Notes under the pieces: generated by a model | The model's database searches: none | Told to the model about the DNA's origin: nothing | What the model saw: only the letters and a program-made list of their open reading frames with translations | Made by a program: the position numbers and the translations under genes | Shown here: positions 13,465 through 25,986 of the stretch, one piece after another | Layout of the letters: each line of letters begins with the position of its first letter | Position numbering within the stretch: the stretch's first letter is position 1 | DNA from: Eledone cirrhosa | Lineage: Eukaryota | Direction: 5' to 3' | Assembly (NCBI GenBank): GCA_964016885.1 | Contig: OZ024740.1 | Location: 354,888,001 to 354,952,000, forward strand | DNA: 64,000 nt

Positions 13465-13608
13465 TTTCATTTCTACAGCTGAGTAAACTGGAGCAATGTG
13501 AAATAAAGTGTCTTGCTCAAGGAAACAACACATCACCCGGTCTGAGAATTGAACTCACAACCTTCCTATTGCAAGGCCAATGCTCTAACCACTAAGCCAT
13601 GTGCCTCC
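13465..13608 (-). mobile_element. tRNA-head SINE fragment with CORE-like domain
   Basis: Minus strand TGGCTTAGTGGTTAGAGC (A box), GAGTTCAATTC (B box), then CCTTGAGCAAGACACTTTATTTCACATTGCTCCAGT. Confidence 0.75.
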
Positions 13609-13609
13609 A

Positions 13610-13769
13610 TGTGTGTGTATATATATATGTGTGTGTGTATATATGTGTGTATATATATGTGTGTGTATAAATATGTGTATATATATATGTGTGAGTATAT
13701 ATATATATGTATGTGTGTGTGTATGTATATATATATATGTGTGTGTGTATATATATATGTGTGTGTGTG

Positions 13770-13861
<92 letters not shown>

Positions 13862-13903
13862 TATATGTGTGTGTGTATATATATATATATGTATGTGTGT
13901 GTG

Positions 13904-13936
<33 letters not shown>

Positions 13937-14175
13937 ATATATATATATGTATGTATTTGTGTGTGTATCATCATCATCATCATCATTTATATATATATAT
14001 ACACACACATACACATATATATATATGTGTGCGTGTGTATATATATGTATGTGTGTGCGTGTGTATATATATGTGTGCGTGTGTATATATATATATGTAT
14101 GTGTGTGTATATATATATGTATGTGTGTGTATATATATATGTGTGTGTGTGTGTATATATATATGTATGCGTGTG

Positions 14176-14208
<33 letters not shown>

Positions 14209-14371
14209 ATATATATGTGTGTGTGTATATATGTGTGTGTGTGTGTATATATATGTGTGTGTGTGTATATATGTGTGTGTGTGTGTATATATATGTGTGT
14301 GTGTGTGTGTGTGTATGTGTGTGTGTATATATATGTGTGTGTGTGTGTGTATATATATATGTGTGTATGTG

Positions 14372-14400
<29 letters not shown>
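13610..14400. repeat. Compound (TA)n(TG)n microsatellite
   Basis: Seen directly; similar arrays at 13030-13265, 18423-19024, 20296-20865, 21980-22260, 23725-24193, 25724-26498, 62687-62960 and 9145-9290. Confidence 0.97.
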
Positions 14401-14402
<2 letters not shown>

Positions 14403-14663
14403 ATTAAAATAACAGATTAAAGTTTAAGCAAAGAATCGCTGCTTTCACCTGAAACTAACAAAGTCAATCTGTAAATGCAGAAGTGGATATTTAAAAAAAC
14501 GTTGCAACCGGAGGAAGACAGGAAGACGATACTTTGGTTCGTGGAAACGTTCCCTGACAAAGAATGTGAAAAAACGAATATAATATGCAAATAAGTAATG
14601 GTATAAACATAACATATACTTAGCTACCACATCAAGACGTAAAATATCCGCGTATAGATCGTA

Positions 14664-16771
14664 CTATCCTTTAGGGTATAATGTGGGGCTGTAATACAGG
14701 AAAGTTTTGTGCAATTTATGTTTACAAGCCGAAATTGCCTCAGATTTTTTGTTTAAGATGTGGTCTGTGGCGTAGAATATTTCCAGGGCCTCAACGGAGC
14801 AGAGGTCACATGGTCTTTTATTTCCGTTATACGATCTAGCCCTAGCTAGGATCTCCCAGTGTAATTTATATTGGGTGTGGTTGTCTTTTAGACGCCAGAT
14901 AGAAGCTGAAAGTGACGTCGTATTCCTTCTGAGAGGGTAACGAAAAGAATGGTTATGCATGTAAAGACACTGCTTGAATCTATTGTTAGTTAACCCTATG
15001 TAGGCCCTACGGGACATGGGTGTTTCAACCATACATTTGTAGACAATGTTACTAGAGAGGCATTTCTCGGATAGGGGGCAATCAACCCGATTCCTACAAT
15101 TACAGTAAGTACTAACTACAGGGTTGCACGTGTTCCTACGGCTAGGTAGTTTAGCTAAATTTGAAGCTGTGATGTTATGTGCAAGGTTAGGAGTCGTAGA
15201 GTAAGAAATTTTAATAGTATTTCTATTAAAAATTTTACTATATTTATGTGTAGGGGGAAAATGCTTCGTAATAAGGGATAGAAAGATCTTAGCTAATGGT
15301 GTGGCCACCTTCATATAATGCGTCGGGATCTATTTCTTCTAGGTCTATTCTCGTACTCTGTATATGCTACCTTATCGACAAATTCACTCTGAGCAAGAGC
15401 TTCATTGTAATATGTGGAATGGTCGTTTAAAATATGCTCGTTAGTAGATAGACGGGAAAGCCTCAACGAAACGTTTCTTACCGGGTTCTTGGTTATGCTG
15501 GTAGGATGGTTGGAATGCTTACTTATGTAATGAAGCGAATCATTTGGCTTTCTATACGGGTAATACAAGCCATTCAATAAATTGAGGGTAACGTTAAGGT
15601 AATTAACGACCGAGAGGTTGGCCTCAACCTGTATAGAGAAGTTGAAGTCTTTAAAGAAGGCTGTGAGTTCTTTTCTGAACCTGTCGCAAGCACGAGGGCC
15701 ACACTTAGTCAAGGTCAAAAGACCATCATCACGGTACAAACCACCGCCCGCATTGGCGAATTCGTCCTTGATAGAGAAAAGAAGGAAAAGGCTGATAAGA
15801 TCAGTAACCTCTGCAGAATCGCTGGCGCCCATACTCACGTCGAATGGGGTACTATTGGATTTTTTTATCCAAATAGAGTCATCAAAATTAATCACCGACT
15901 TACGGGCATTGAGGATGACATCAACTTCGAAATCCTTAACCACTGTGAGTGTTTTAGCGAAATTGATAGCTCTTAGGAGAAGTGGTAAAGTGATGGAGGA
16001 GTAGTAATTATTGATGTCGAATTGGATAAAACGGCAATGTTCCTTGTTGCATATGCCGTTGAACCAGTCAATCACCGCGAAAGAATTGTTCCACAGTGCA
16101 AGAGGGGTCAAACTTCTAATTTCAGGTATAATTCTATCAAGAATCCTTTTACTAAGTCTACCTAAATCGGACTTCGTAGGGTTAATAAGCCGAATAGAGG
16201 GATTGTTCGGAAAATTGTATTTGTGATCCTTCAGGGTAAAGTGGGGAGAAATAGGGTCCAGAGGTTCGGTCCAGTCCAAGATGTTGAGATCAGAGGTGAT
16301 TTTAAACCCAGCATCGTTGATTTCATTGATGATGCACCGATTAGTTTTACGGTAATCCTTAGTTACAGCATTATGTAGTAGTTGATGGTAAGTACTGCGC
16401 TCCACTTGATATAGGTTGCCAGTTTTGTCGGAATGGACGTGCACAGCATTAGAATCCTTAATAGAACAAATTCTATTCTTCAGGTCCTGCTGGAAGGAAT
16501 TGCTCCTATTCTGAAATTTGATACTCCATATGAGTTCCAAGACATCATTTTCGAAGGGTAGCAATGCTGGGTTACACGGAGGGTTATTATAGGTTTTAAA
16601 CCCAAATTTATCCTGTTTGTTGTCTGCTTTTCGTGGATTATCGAAATAAAAGGCACGCCAACGCAACCTTTTAATGAACGCGTTTGTTTACTGTATCAGG
16701 AGTTTTAGGTATGTTTACCTGCTTGGTACGGGTAGGTTCTTTGTAGAAATATTCAGATGTTGTTTCTGCAT
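14664..16771 (-). pseudogene. PLE reverse transcriptase + GIY-YIG endonuclease ORF, disrupted
   Basis: ATG at 16771 gives MQKQHLNISTKNLPVPSR*TYLKLLIQ*TNAFIKRLRWRAFYF (two TAA stops). RT motifs IRLINP, FIQFDINNYYSSI, MGASDSAEV, GLYRDDGL. Frameshift near 15311 where a WFNPP-type motif appears deleted. Then CNCR..CPL..KC linker and VYKC..AYIGLT..FKQ..H GIY-YIG domain. Confidence 0.9.
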
Positions 16772-16925
16772 GATGAATATAAGTCAATAGAGTGCTCAAC
16801 CGAGGGAGCCAAATAGTAATGATAATAAATTTGAAGACTAAAATCCAAAGAGGGCTCGATAAGGATAAATATATATCACATGTATAAGAACCGTAGAGCA
16901 AATATTTATTAAAATAACAGATTAA

Positions 16926-16976
16926 AGTTTAAGCAAAGAATCACTGCTTTCACCCCTAACGGGATCTTCTGAAACT
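16926..16976 (-). ncRNA. Type I hammerhead ribozyme candidate in PLE pseudo-LTR (U4A core variant)
   Basis: Minus strand: AGUUU CAGAAGA UCCC-GUUA-GGGGU GAAA GCA-GUGAUUCUU-UGC UU AAACU. Stems I, II and III all pair; lies about 155 nt upstream of the PLE ATG. Confidence 0.65.
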
Positions 16977-17881
16977 AACAAAGTCAATCTGTAAACGCAG
17001 AAGTGAATATTTCAAAAAACATTGCAACCGGAGGAAGACAGGAAGATGATACTTTGGTTCGTGGAAACGTTCCCTGGCAAAGAACGGGAAAAAACGAATA
17101 TAATACGTCATTAATTGGAGCGGTGAAAAAAAATTACACGCAAAGACAGAACCACGTTTATGATATAAAAGAAGTCGTAGACTAATATTCTCTTAGGTGG
17201 TTCATAGAGACGTTCTCTGGCAATGAACGGAAAAAACGAAGATAATACGTCATGTGTGGAGCGTGGAGAACAATTGCACGCAAAGACAAAACCACGTAAA
17301 TGGTATAACTGAAGTCGTAGATTAAATTCTAACTCGGAAACCGAATGATTCTCTGCTTCAGAGTTAATAAAGTAAATAAAATACAGAGGTAATTGAAATT
17401 AAATAAATACATACACGCATCCAAATACGTACATACACAAGCAACGCAAAACACTCGCCATAGGTATACAAGTACACGCACATATAAATAGGTGTGTGTG
17501 TGTGCGCGCGTATACAAATAATTAAATAAATGTATATAAATAAATAAATACGTATATAACAAGCGCACACACATACCTACATGTAAATACACAAATGTTC
17601 GGAGACGTACGTCAACCAAAACACGAAGTACACATATACACACACCCTACATACGTACGAACCCGCATACTCACGTATACACATAACCACAAGCATATGT
17701 ACCTGAATATATAAAAATATAAGCCATAACATATACAATCAAATATACGTACGAGAAAGTATACGTACCTTCACAAAACATACAGGTAATATGTACTTAC
17801 CTATGCAAATAAGTAATGGTATAAACATAACATATACTTAGCTACCACATCAAGACGTAAAATATCCGCGTATAGATCGTA

Positions 17882-18422
17882 CTATCCTTTAGGGTATAAT
17901 GTGGGGCTGTAATACAGGAAAGTTTTGTGCAATTTATGTTTACAAGCCGAAATTGCCTCAGATTGTTTGTTTAAGATGTGGTCTGTGGCGTAGAGTATTT
18001 CCAGGGCCTCAACGGCGCAGAGGTCACATGGTCTTTTATTTCCGTTATACGATCTAGCCCTAGCTAGGATCTCCCAGTGTAATTTATATTGGGTGTGGTT
18101 GTCTTTTAGACTCCAGATATAAGCTGAAAGTGACGTCATATTCCTTCTGAGAGGGTAACAAAAAGAATGGTTATGCATGTAAAGACGCTGCTTGAATCTA
18201 TTGGCGGTTAACCCTATGTAGGCCCTACTGGACGTGGGTGTTACAACCTTACATTTGCAGACAATGTTACTAGAGAGGCATTTCCCGGATAGGGGCAATC
18301 AACCCGATTCCTACAATTACAGTTAGTACTAACTACAGGGTTGCACGTGTTCCTACGGCTAGGTAGTTTAGCTAAATTTGAAGCTCTGCTGTTATGTGCA
18401 AGGTTAGGAGTCGTAGAGTAAG
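17882..18422 (-). pseudogene. Duplicate GIY-YIG endonuclease segment of the upstream PLE copy
   Basis: Translation nearly identical to the C-terminal part of 14664-15314 (AYIGLTANRFKQRLYMHNHSF...YYSPTLYPKG). Confidence 0.9.
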
Positions 18423-18545
18423 ATATATATATGTGTGCGTATATATATATGTGTGTGTATATATATATATGTGTGTATATATATGTGTGTGTGTGTGAGT
18501 ATATATATATATATATGTGTATATATATATATATATATGTGCATG

Positions 18546-18576
<31 letters not shown>

Positions 18577-18799
18577 ATATATATATATATATGTGTGTGT
18601 ATATATATATATATGTGTGTGTGTATATATATATATATATGTGTGTATATATATATATATGTGTGTGTGTGTGTATATATATATGTGTGTGTGTGTGTGT
18701 ATATATATATGTGTGTGTGTGTGTGTATATATATGTGTGTATATATATGTGTGTGTATATATATATATGTGTGTGTATATATATATATATGTATATGTG

Positions 18800-18846
<47 letters not shown>

Positions 18847-18957
18847 GTGTGTGTATATATATATATATATATGTGTGTGTATATATATATATATATGTGT
18901 GTGTGTGTATATATATGTGTGTGTGTGTGTGTATATATATGTGTGTGTGTGTGTGTG

Positions 18958-19024
<67 letters not shown>

Positions 19025-20290
19025 CTAGAATCAAAAGGCCTTAAAATTAACCTGGCTAAGACTAAAGTTCTAGTTTGTAAGAAAGAAAATAAGGCGGCGG
19101 TCCCCTCCGGGAAGTGGCCATGCTCAGAGTGTAGGAAAGGCGTAGGTAGAAACTCCATTTTGTGTCCCAAATGCAAAGTTTGGGTGCATAAAAGATGTAG
19201 TGGGATCACAGGTAAGCTAACTAAGAACATAGATTTTACATGTGGCCGGTGTTCTGGGGAAATAAGTAGCAGCAAGTGCCCAAAAAATAATAGCTCTTTC
19301 AACTGTGCAGAGGGTTCTATAGAAATAGTGGACAGCTTCCGTTACCTGGGTGACAAAATCAGCAGTGGGGGAGGGTGCTCTGAAAGTACAGTAGCTAGAG
19401 TCAGAACTGGGTGGAAAAAGTTCAGAGAGCTCATACCACTATTAGCCGCTAAAGGGTTCTCCCTAAAAATGAAAGGCAGGTTGTACGATGCCTGCATACG
19501 AACAGCAATGTTACACGGCAGTGAGACCTGGGCATTGTGTGCAGAGGACATACGCAGACTAGAGAGAAACGAAGCTTGCATGCTCCGCTGGATGTGTAAT
19601 ACTAATATACGTGAACGGCAAAGCATAAACGAACTAAGGAAAAAATTAGAAATAAGAGGGATCAGATGTTGTTTAGTCGAGAGAAGGCTACGTTGGTATG
19701 GTCACGTGATGCGCATGAAGGACGATAGCTGTATAAAAAAGTGCAGGGCAATAAAGATAGACGGTAGCTACGGAATAGGCAGACCCAGAAAAACCTGGGA
19801 CGAGCTGATAAATTCCGACCTCACACACTTACACCTCTCCAAGACAATGTCACTGGACCGAGACCTTTGGCGGTACTCAGTAATAGAGAAGACCCGCCTT
19901 ACCTAAATACAAAGTAAAACCTACTACAGTCAGTAGGCATCTCTAACAAAATACACTCCCGTCCCACCACCCCCACCCCATCCACACCACCCCTTTCAAT
20001 GTAAAGTTATGTTGGTGCCACAATATCCAGGCCGAAACAAATGAGATCGTGTAGGTGTCACGTCAAAAAAACACACAGTTCACGCTGTAATGTGGCCATG
20101 TAGGCAACACGGTAAAAACCTCCCAGCCCCACACTGTAAATGTGGTTGGTGTTAGGAAGGGCATCCAGCTGTAGAAAACCCGCCAGATAGTCCTATGCGA
20201 GCAAGATAACCACTCTTGCCTCAAGTGGGAAAACCCTCCGTCCAAACCCATGCAAGCATGGAACACGGACGTTAAACGATGATGATGATG
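19025..20290 (+). mobile_element. 5'-truncated RTE LINE copy
   Basis: [15 protein letters not shown]...EKTRLT* (stop at 19906), 3' UTR and (GAT)n tail; flanked by microsatellites. Confidence 0.93.
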
Positions 20291-20317
20291 GATGATGTGT
20301 GTGTGTGTATATATATA

Positions 20318-20428
<111 letters not shown>

Positions 20429-20433
20429 GTGTG

Positions 20434-20714
<281 letters not shown>

Positions 20715-21011
20715 ATATATGTATATATATATATATATGTATATATATGTATATATATATATATATGTATATATATGTGTGAGTATATATATATATGTAT
20801 ATATATGTGTGAGTATATATATATATATACGTATATATATGTGTGAGTATATATATATATATATGCAAAAGTTCTATTTAAATTGGGATACAACAAGCAA
20901 ATATTATTATAACGTAGAAACAATTATTATAACTGATATAAAGCACTCGACAAATATTTGGAGTAGATATACAATATTAATAAATGGAAACTATATTTAT
21001 AAAACCATATT

Positions 21012-21076
21012 TATTTCATTATATATATTTCAAGGATACCAAGTTAAATCATGGTATGCCTTCATCAGACAAAATA
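21012..21076 (-). ncRNA. Minimal type I hammerhead ribozyme (mirror copy)
   Basis: Reverse complement of 21555-21619, in the left arm of the fold-back. Confidence 0.8.
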
Positions 21077-21090
21077 AATATATAACAGTT

Positions 21091-21381
21091 TTCATCATCA
21101 TCATCATCATCAACGTTTAACGTCCGTGTTCCACGCTTGCATGGGTTTGGACGGGGGTAGTCCCACTTGAGGCAAGAGTGATTGTCTTGCTCGCATAGGA
21201 CTGTCTGGCAGGTTTTCTACAGTTGGATGCCCTTCCTAACACCAACCACATTTACAGTGTGGGTCTGGGAGGTTTTTACCGTGTTGCCTACACGGCCACA
21301 TTACAGTGTGGACTGTGTGTTTTTTTGTCGTGACACCTACACGATCTCATTTGTTTCGGCCTCGATGGCGCGGCACCAACA
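21091..21381 (-). mobile_element. RTE 3' UTR fragment
   Basis: Reverse complement of about 35869-36159, with about two substitutions by eye. Confidence 0.92.
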
Positions 21382-21554
21382 ATAGATATTGACGTACCCT
21401 TTCCAAAAAGGTGACCGTTGTTTTTGGAGGCCATCCGGATAGTGGTTTGTTTACTTTAAAGTAAACAAACCACTATTCAGATGGCCTCCAAAAACAACGG
21501 TCACCTTTTTGGAAAGGGTACGTCAATATCTATTTGTAAAACTGTTATATATTG

Positions 21555-21619
21555 TATTTTGTCTGATGAAGGCATACCATGATTTAACTTGGTATCCTTG
21601 AAATATATATAATGAAATA
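21555..21619 (+). ncRNA. Minimal type I hammerhead ribozyme
   Basis: UAUUUUGU CUGAUGA AGGCAUACCA-(10-nt loop)-UGGUAUCCUU GAAA UAUAUA UA AUGAAAUA: canonical core, 8-bp stem I, 10-position stem II with one mismatch, palindromic short stem III; predicted cleavage after 21611. Confidence 0.8.
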
Positions 21620-21655
21620 AATATGGTTTTATAAATATAGTTTCCATTTATTAAT

Positions 21656-21690
<35 letters not shown>

Positions 21691-21727
21691 TAATATTGTA
21701 TATATATATATATATATATATGTTTGA

Positions 21728-21765
<38 letters not shown>

Positions 21766-21796
21766 ATATATATATGTAAATATGTATGTGTGTACC

Positions 21797-21965
21797 ATTC
21801 ATCATCATCATTTTACGTCCTCTTTTCCCTGCTTGCAAGGGTGGGACGGGAACTGATTCTGGCCTTATTTCTACAGCTGGATGCCCTTCCTAACACCAAC
21901 CTCATTTACAGTGAGTACTGGGTGCTTTTTTGCTGTGGCACCTCCACAACCACTTTGCAGTGTAA
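21797..21965 (-). mobile_element. Short RTE-tail-like element (second copy at 13266-13437)
   Basis: (CAT)n + TTTTACGTCC..TTTCTACAGCTGGATGCCCTTCCTAACACCAACC; shares motifs with the RTE 3' UTR but has its own internal sequence. Confidence 0.75.
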
Positions 21966-22056
21966 TGATAGGGACCACAGTATGTATGTGTGTGTGTATA
22001 TATATGTATGTGTGTATATATATATATATATATGTATGTGTGTATATATATATATA

Positions 22057-22127
<71 letters not shown>

Positions 22128-22261
22128 ATATATATATATGTGTGTGTGTGTGTATATATATATATGTGTGTGTGTGTGTATATATATATATGTGTGTGTG
22201 TGTGTATATATATATATGTGTGTGTGTGTGTATATATATATGTATCTGTGTGTCTGTGTAT

Positions 22262-23725
22262 ATTACTCTTTTACTCTTTTATCTGTTTCAGCCATCCGGC
22301 TGAGGCCATGCTGGGGCACCGCCCTTGTTGCTACACATTTTATCTCCAGCCTGTATAGCTTGGCCACTGGTGTAAGAGGGAGTTTGTTACTGCTGCCCGT
22401 AGGTTTCCCTTGTGCCTTGCTGTGGGCTCATCCGGGATCCTGGATAGCATGGTATCGAGATGTTTCTTGAAGACATCCACCTCCACGTCATGCAAATCAC
22501 TCAGATCCCTCGGCAGCTTGTTGAAGAGTTAAAGGCCCTTGAATCGCAGGCTATTGCAATACCTGCTCCTTATTCTAGATGTGGAAGACGGGACCTTTGG
22601 CACCACACAGTGACGTCCAAAGTTTGGTGCTAGTCCAAGTGATGCCAAAGTTTGGTGCTAGTCCCTCCAGGATTTTCCACATGTGGATCACTGCGTATCT
22701 CTCCCGTCTTCGTTCCAAGGAGTAGAGGTTTAGTTCCTTTAGCCTCTCCCAGTAGCTTGTCTCCTTCATCGTGGTAATCCTCTTGGTGTAGCTTCGCTGG
22801 ATTGCCTCAAGCTCCATGGTTAGTTTGACACTATGGGGTGACCACAACTGGGAGCAGTAGTCCAGGCGGCTTAGGACAAATGTCCTCCATAGTGTCAACA
22901 TGGTGTCTCGGTCTCTTGTCCGGAAAGTCCTCAAGATCCAGCCAGCGAGTCGTCTGCACATTGTCGCCACTTTCATGATGTGTGAAGAAAAAGATGCATC
23001 ATCGCTTATGTCTATGCCCAGGTATCGTATCGATTTTGACATGAGGATATCGATTCCTCCTGGTCCTGTGTAGTTGTGTTGTACTATATTTGTGTTTGCA
23101 GGTTTGTTTGGAGGTTTGTATTGTAGGGCTTGGAATTTGCCAGCATTAAACTGCATGTTGTTTTCTTCCGCCCATTTGTATATGGCATCCAGATCTTGTT
23201 GTAAAAGGGCAGCGCCAGCCGGGTTTTTGATTGCCTGTGCTACCTTAGTGTCATCAGCATAGCTAGTGAGGGATGTTGTTGTATGTACAGAGAGCATGTC
23301 TGAGAGAGCCACCAAAAACAGTAGTGGTCCCAGGACTGTCCCCTGGGGCACCACACTTGTTACTCGTGTTTTCTTTGAGAGGGCCCCATTTGCTGCAACT
23401 GCCTGGCTTCTGTCCTTTAGGAAGTCATGCAGCCACTCACCTACTTTTCCAGTTATGCCGAGTCTGTGTAGTTTGTGACATATCATTCCGTGGTCGACCT
23501 TGTCAAAGGCCTTCGAAAAGTCAAGATATATCACGTCCACATGTGAGCTGTCTAGTAGTTGTTTCAGTACCCAGTCGTAGTGATATAGCAGCTGTGTAAG
23601 GAAGCTTCTTCCTGGGCGGAAGCCATGTTGCGTGCTAGTCAGGCGGTCATTTTCCTCGAGGAAAGTGATCAGTTTCTTTCTGACGACTTGCTCCATGACC
23701 TTACTGATATGCGACGTCAGGGAGA
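22262..23725 (-). mobile_element. 5'-truncated CR1/jockey-group LINE (RT domain to 3' end)
   Basis: [72 protein letters not shown]. 3' end GGTGCCCCAGCATGGCC..GCTGAAACAG with (TAAAAGA) repeats. Short direct duplication at about 22617-22664 breaks the C-terminus. Confidence 0.9.
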
Positions 23726-23801
23726 TATATATATATATATGTATGTGTGTGTGTATATATATATATGTGTGTGTGTATATATATATATATATGTGTGTGT
23801 G

Positions 23802-23852
<51 letters not shown>

Positions 23853-23947
23853 GTGTGTGTGTATATATATATATGTGTGTGTGTGTGTATATATATGTGT
23901 GTGTGTGTATATATATATATATGTGTGTGTATATATATATATATATA

Positions 23948-23996
<49 letters not shown>

Positions 23997-24129
23997 ATAT
24001 ATGTATGTGTGTGTGTATATATATGTATGTGTGTGTGTATATATATGTATGTGTGTGTGTATATATATGTATGTATGTGTGTGTATATATATATGTATGT
24101 ATGTGTGTGTATATATATATGTATGTATG

Positions 24130-24192
<63 letters not shown>

Positions 24193-24193
24193 A

Positions 24194-25368
24194 CAGTGTG
24201 TAGGAAAGGAGTAGGTAGAAACTCCATTTTATGTCCCAAATGCAAAGTATGGGTGCATAAAAGATGTAGTGGGATCACAGGTAAGCTAACTAAGAATATA
24301 GATTTTATATGTGGCCGGTGATCTGGTGCAATAAGTAGCAGCAAGTGCCCACAGAATACTAGCTCATTCCATTGCACAGATGGTTCTATAGAAATAGTGG
24401 ACACCTTCCGTTACTTGGGTGACAAAATCAGCAGTGGTGGAGGGTGCTCTGAAAGTACAGTAGCGAGAGTCAGAACTGGATGGAAAAAGTTCAGAGAGCT
24501 TATACCACTATTAGCCACTAAAGGGTTCTCTCTAAAAATGAAAGGCAGGCTGTATGATGCCTGCATACAAACAGCAATGTTACATGGCAGTGAGACCTGG
24601 GCATTGTGTGCAGAGGATATACGCAGACTGGAGAGGAACGAAGCTTGCATGCTCCGCTGGATGTGTAAAAGTAATATACGTGAACGGCAAAGCATAAACG
24701 AACTAAGGGAAAAATTAGAAATAAGAGGGATCAGATGTTGTTTACTCGAGAGAAGACTACGTTGGTATGGTCACGTGATGCGCATGAAAGACGACAGCTG
24801 TATAAAAAAGTGCAGGGTAATAAAAATAGACGGTAGCCACGGAGTAGGCAGACCCAGAAAAACCTGGGACGACTTGATAAATTCCGACCTCACACACTTA
24901 CACCTCTCCAAGACAATGTCACTGGACCGAGATCTTTGGCGCTACACAGTAATACAGAAGACCCGCCTTACCTAAGTACAAAGTGAAACCTACTACCGTC
25001 AGTAGGCACCTCTAACAAAAATACACCCCCGTCCCACTACCACCACCCCATCCACACCACCCCTTTCAATGTAAAGTTATGTTGGTACCACAACATCCAG
25101 TCCAAAACAAATGAGGTCGTGTAGGTGTCAATACAAAAAAACACACAGTCCACGCTGTAATGTGGTCGTGTAGGTAACACGGTAAAAACCTCCCAGTCCA
25201 GACTGTAAACGTGGTTGGTGTTAGGAAGGGCATCCAGCCGTAGAAAACCCGCCAGGCAGTCCTATGCGAGCAAGACAACAACTCTTGCCTCAAGTAGGAA
25301 AACTCCCGTCCAAACCCATGCAAGCGTGGAAGATGGACGTTAAACGATGATGATGATGATGATGATGA
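24194..25368 (+). mobile_element. 5'-truncated RTE LINE copy
   Basis: Starts within the zinc finger ([10 protein letters not shown]), nonsense TGA at 24319-24321, same 3' UTR and (GAT)n tail. Confidence 0.93.
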
Positions 25369-25397
25369 TATATATGTATGTGTGTGTGTATATATAT

Positions 25398-25723
25398 CAT
25401 CATCATCATTGTTTAACGTCCATATTCCACGCTTGCATGGGTTTGGACGGGGTTTTCCCACTTGAGGCAAGAGTGGTTGCCTTGCTCGCATAGGACTGTC
25501 TGGCGGGTTTTCTAGTGTGGAACTGGGAGGTTTTTACCGTTTTACCTACACGGCCACATTACAGTGTGGAGTGTGTATTTTTTTGTCGTGACACCTACAC
25601 GACTTCATTTGTTTCGGGCTGGATGTTGTGACACCAACATAACTTTACGTTGAAAGGGGTGGTGTGGATGGGGTGGGGGCAGTGGGACGGGGTGTATTTT
25701 GTTAGAGGTGCCTACTGACTGTA
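25398..25723 (-). mobile_element. RTE 3' UTR fragment, tail-to-tail with 24194-25368
   Basis: (CAT)n followed by the reverse complement of the RTE 3' UTR, with an internal deletion near 25514. Confidence 0.9.
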
Positions 25724-25803
25724 TGTATGTATATATATATGTGTGTGTGTATATATATGTGTGTGTATATATATATGATGATGATGATGTATATATATGT
25801 ATG

Positions 25804-25850
<47 letters not shown>

Positions 25851-25945
25851 ATATATATATGTGTGTGTGTATATATATATGTGTGTGTATATATATATAT
25901 GTATGTGTGTGTATATATATATGTGTGTGTATATATATATAATTC

Positions 25946-25986
<41 letters not shown>

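Larger units (their letters stand above)
14400..18422 (-). mobile_element. Penelope-like element (PLE) with partial tandem duplication / pseudo-LTRs
   Basis: RT and GIY-YIG ORF remnants. 17802-18422 repeats 14584-15205 (endonuclease and 3' end), and 16905-17100 repeats 14400-14583. This is the typical PLE layout of a 5'-truncated copy directly upstream of a full ORF. Both ends abut (TA/TG)n arrays. Confidence 0.92.
20967..21664. repeat. Fold-back inverted repeat (PLE-type remnant) interrupted by an RTE 3' end
   Basis: Loopless palindrome centred at 21457/21458 (ACTTT|AAAGT). The arms continue outward as 20967-21090 versus about 21539-21664 once the 21091-21381 insertion is removed. Confidence 0.92.

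Noticed and set aside
13540-13608. tRNA gene
   Set aside because: A and B boxes are present but there is no complete cloverleaf and it runs into a SINE core; it is a SINE head. The same applies to the other B-box hits.
13549-14420. Long ORFs of CVYI/HTYI repeats here and at 18241-19044, 20063-21120, 23625-24321, 25699-26648, 37219-39275 and 62664-63033
   Set aside because: Translations of stop-free dinucleotide microsatellites; not genes.
24319-24321. In-frame TGA replacing the last Cys of the RTE finger (selenocysteine?)
   Set aside because: Present only in one truncated copy; the intact copy has TGT and no SECIS was seen, so an ordinary nonsense mutation.
22575-24404. 609-aa ORF that looks like a fusion protein
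   Set aside because: Chance read-through of antisense RTE sequence, microsatellite and the truncated CR1-group RT; likewise 18431-19906 is microsatellite plus RTE.
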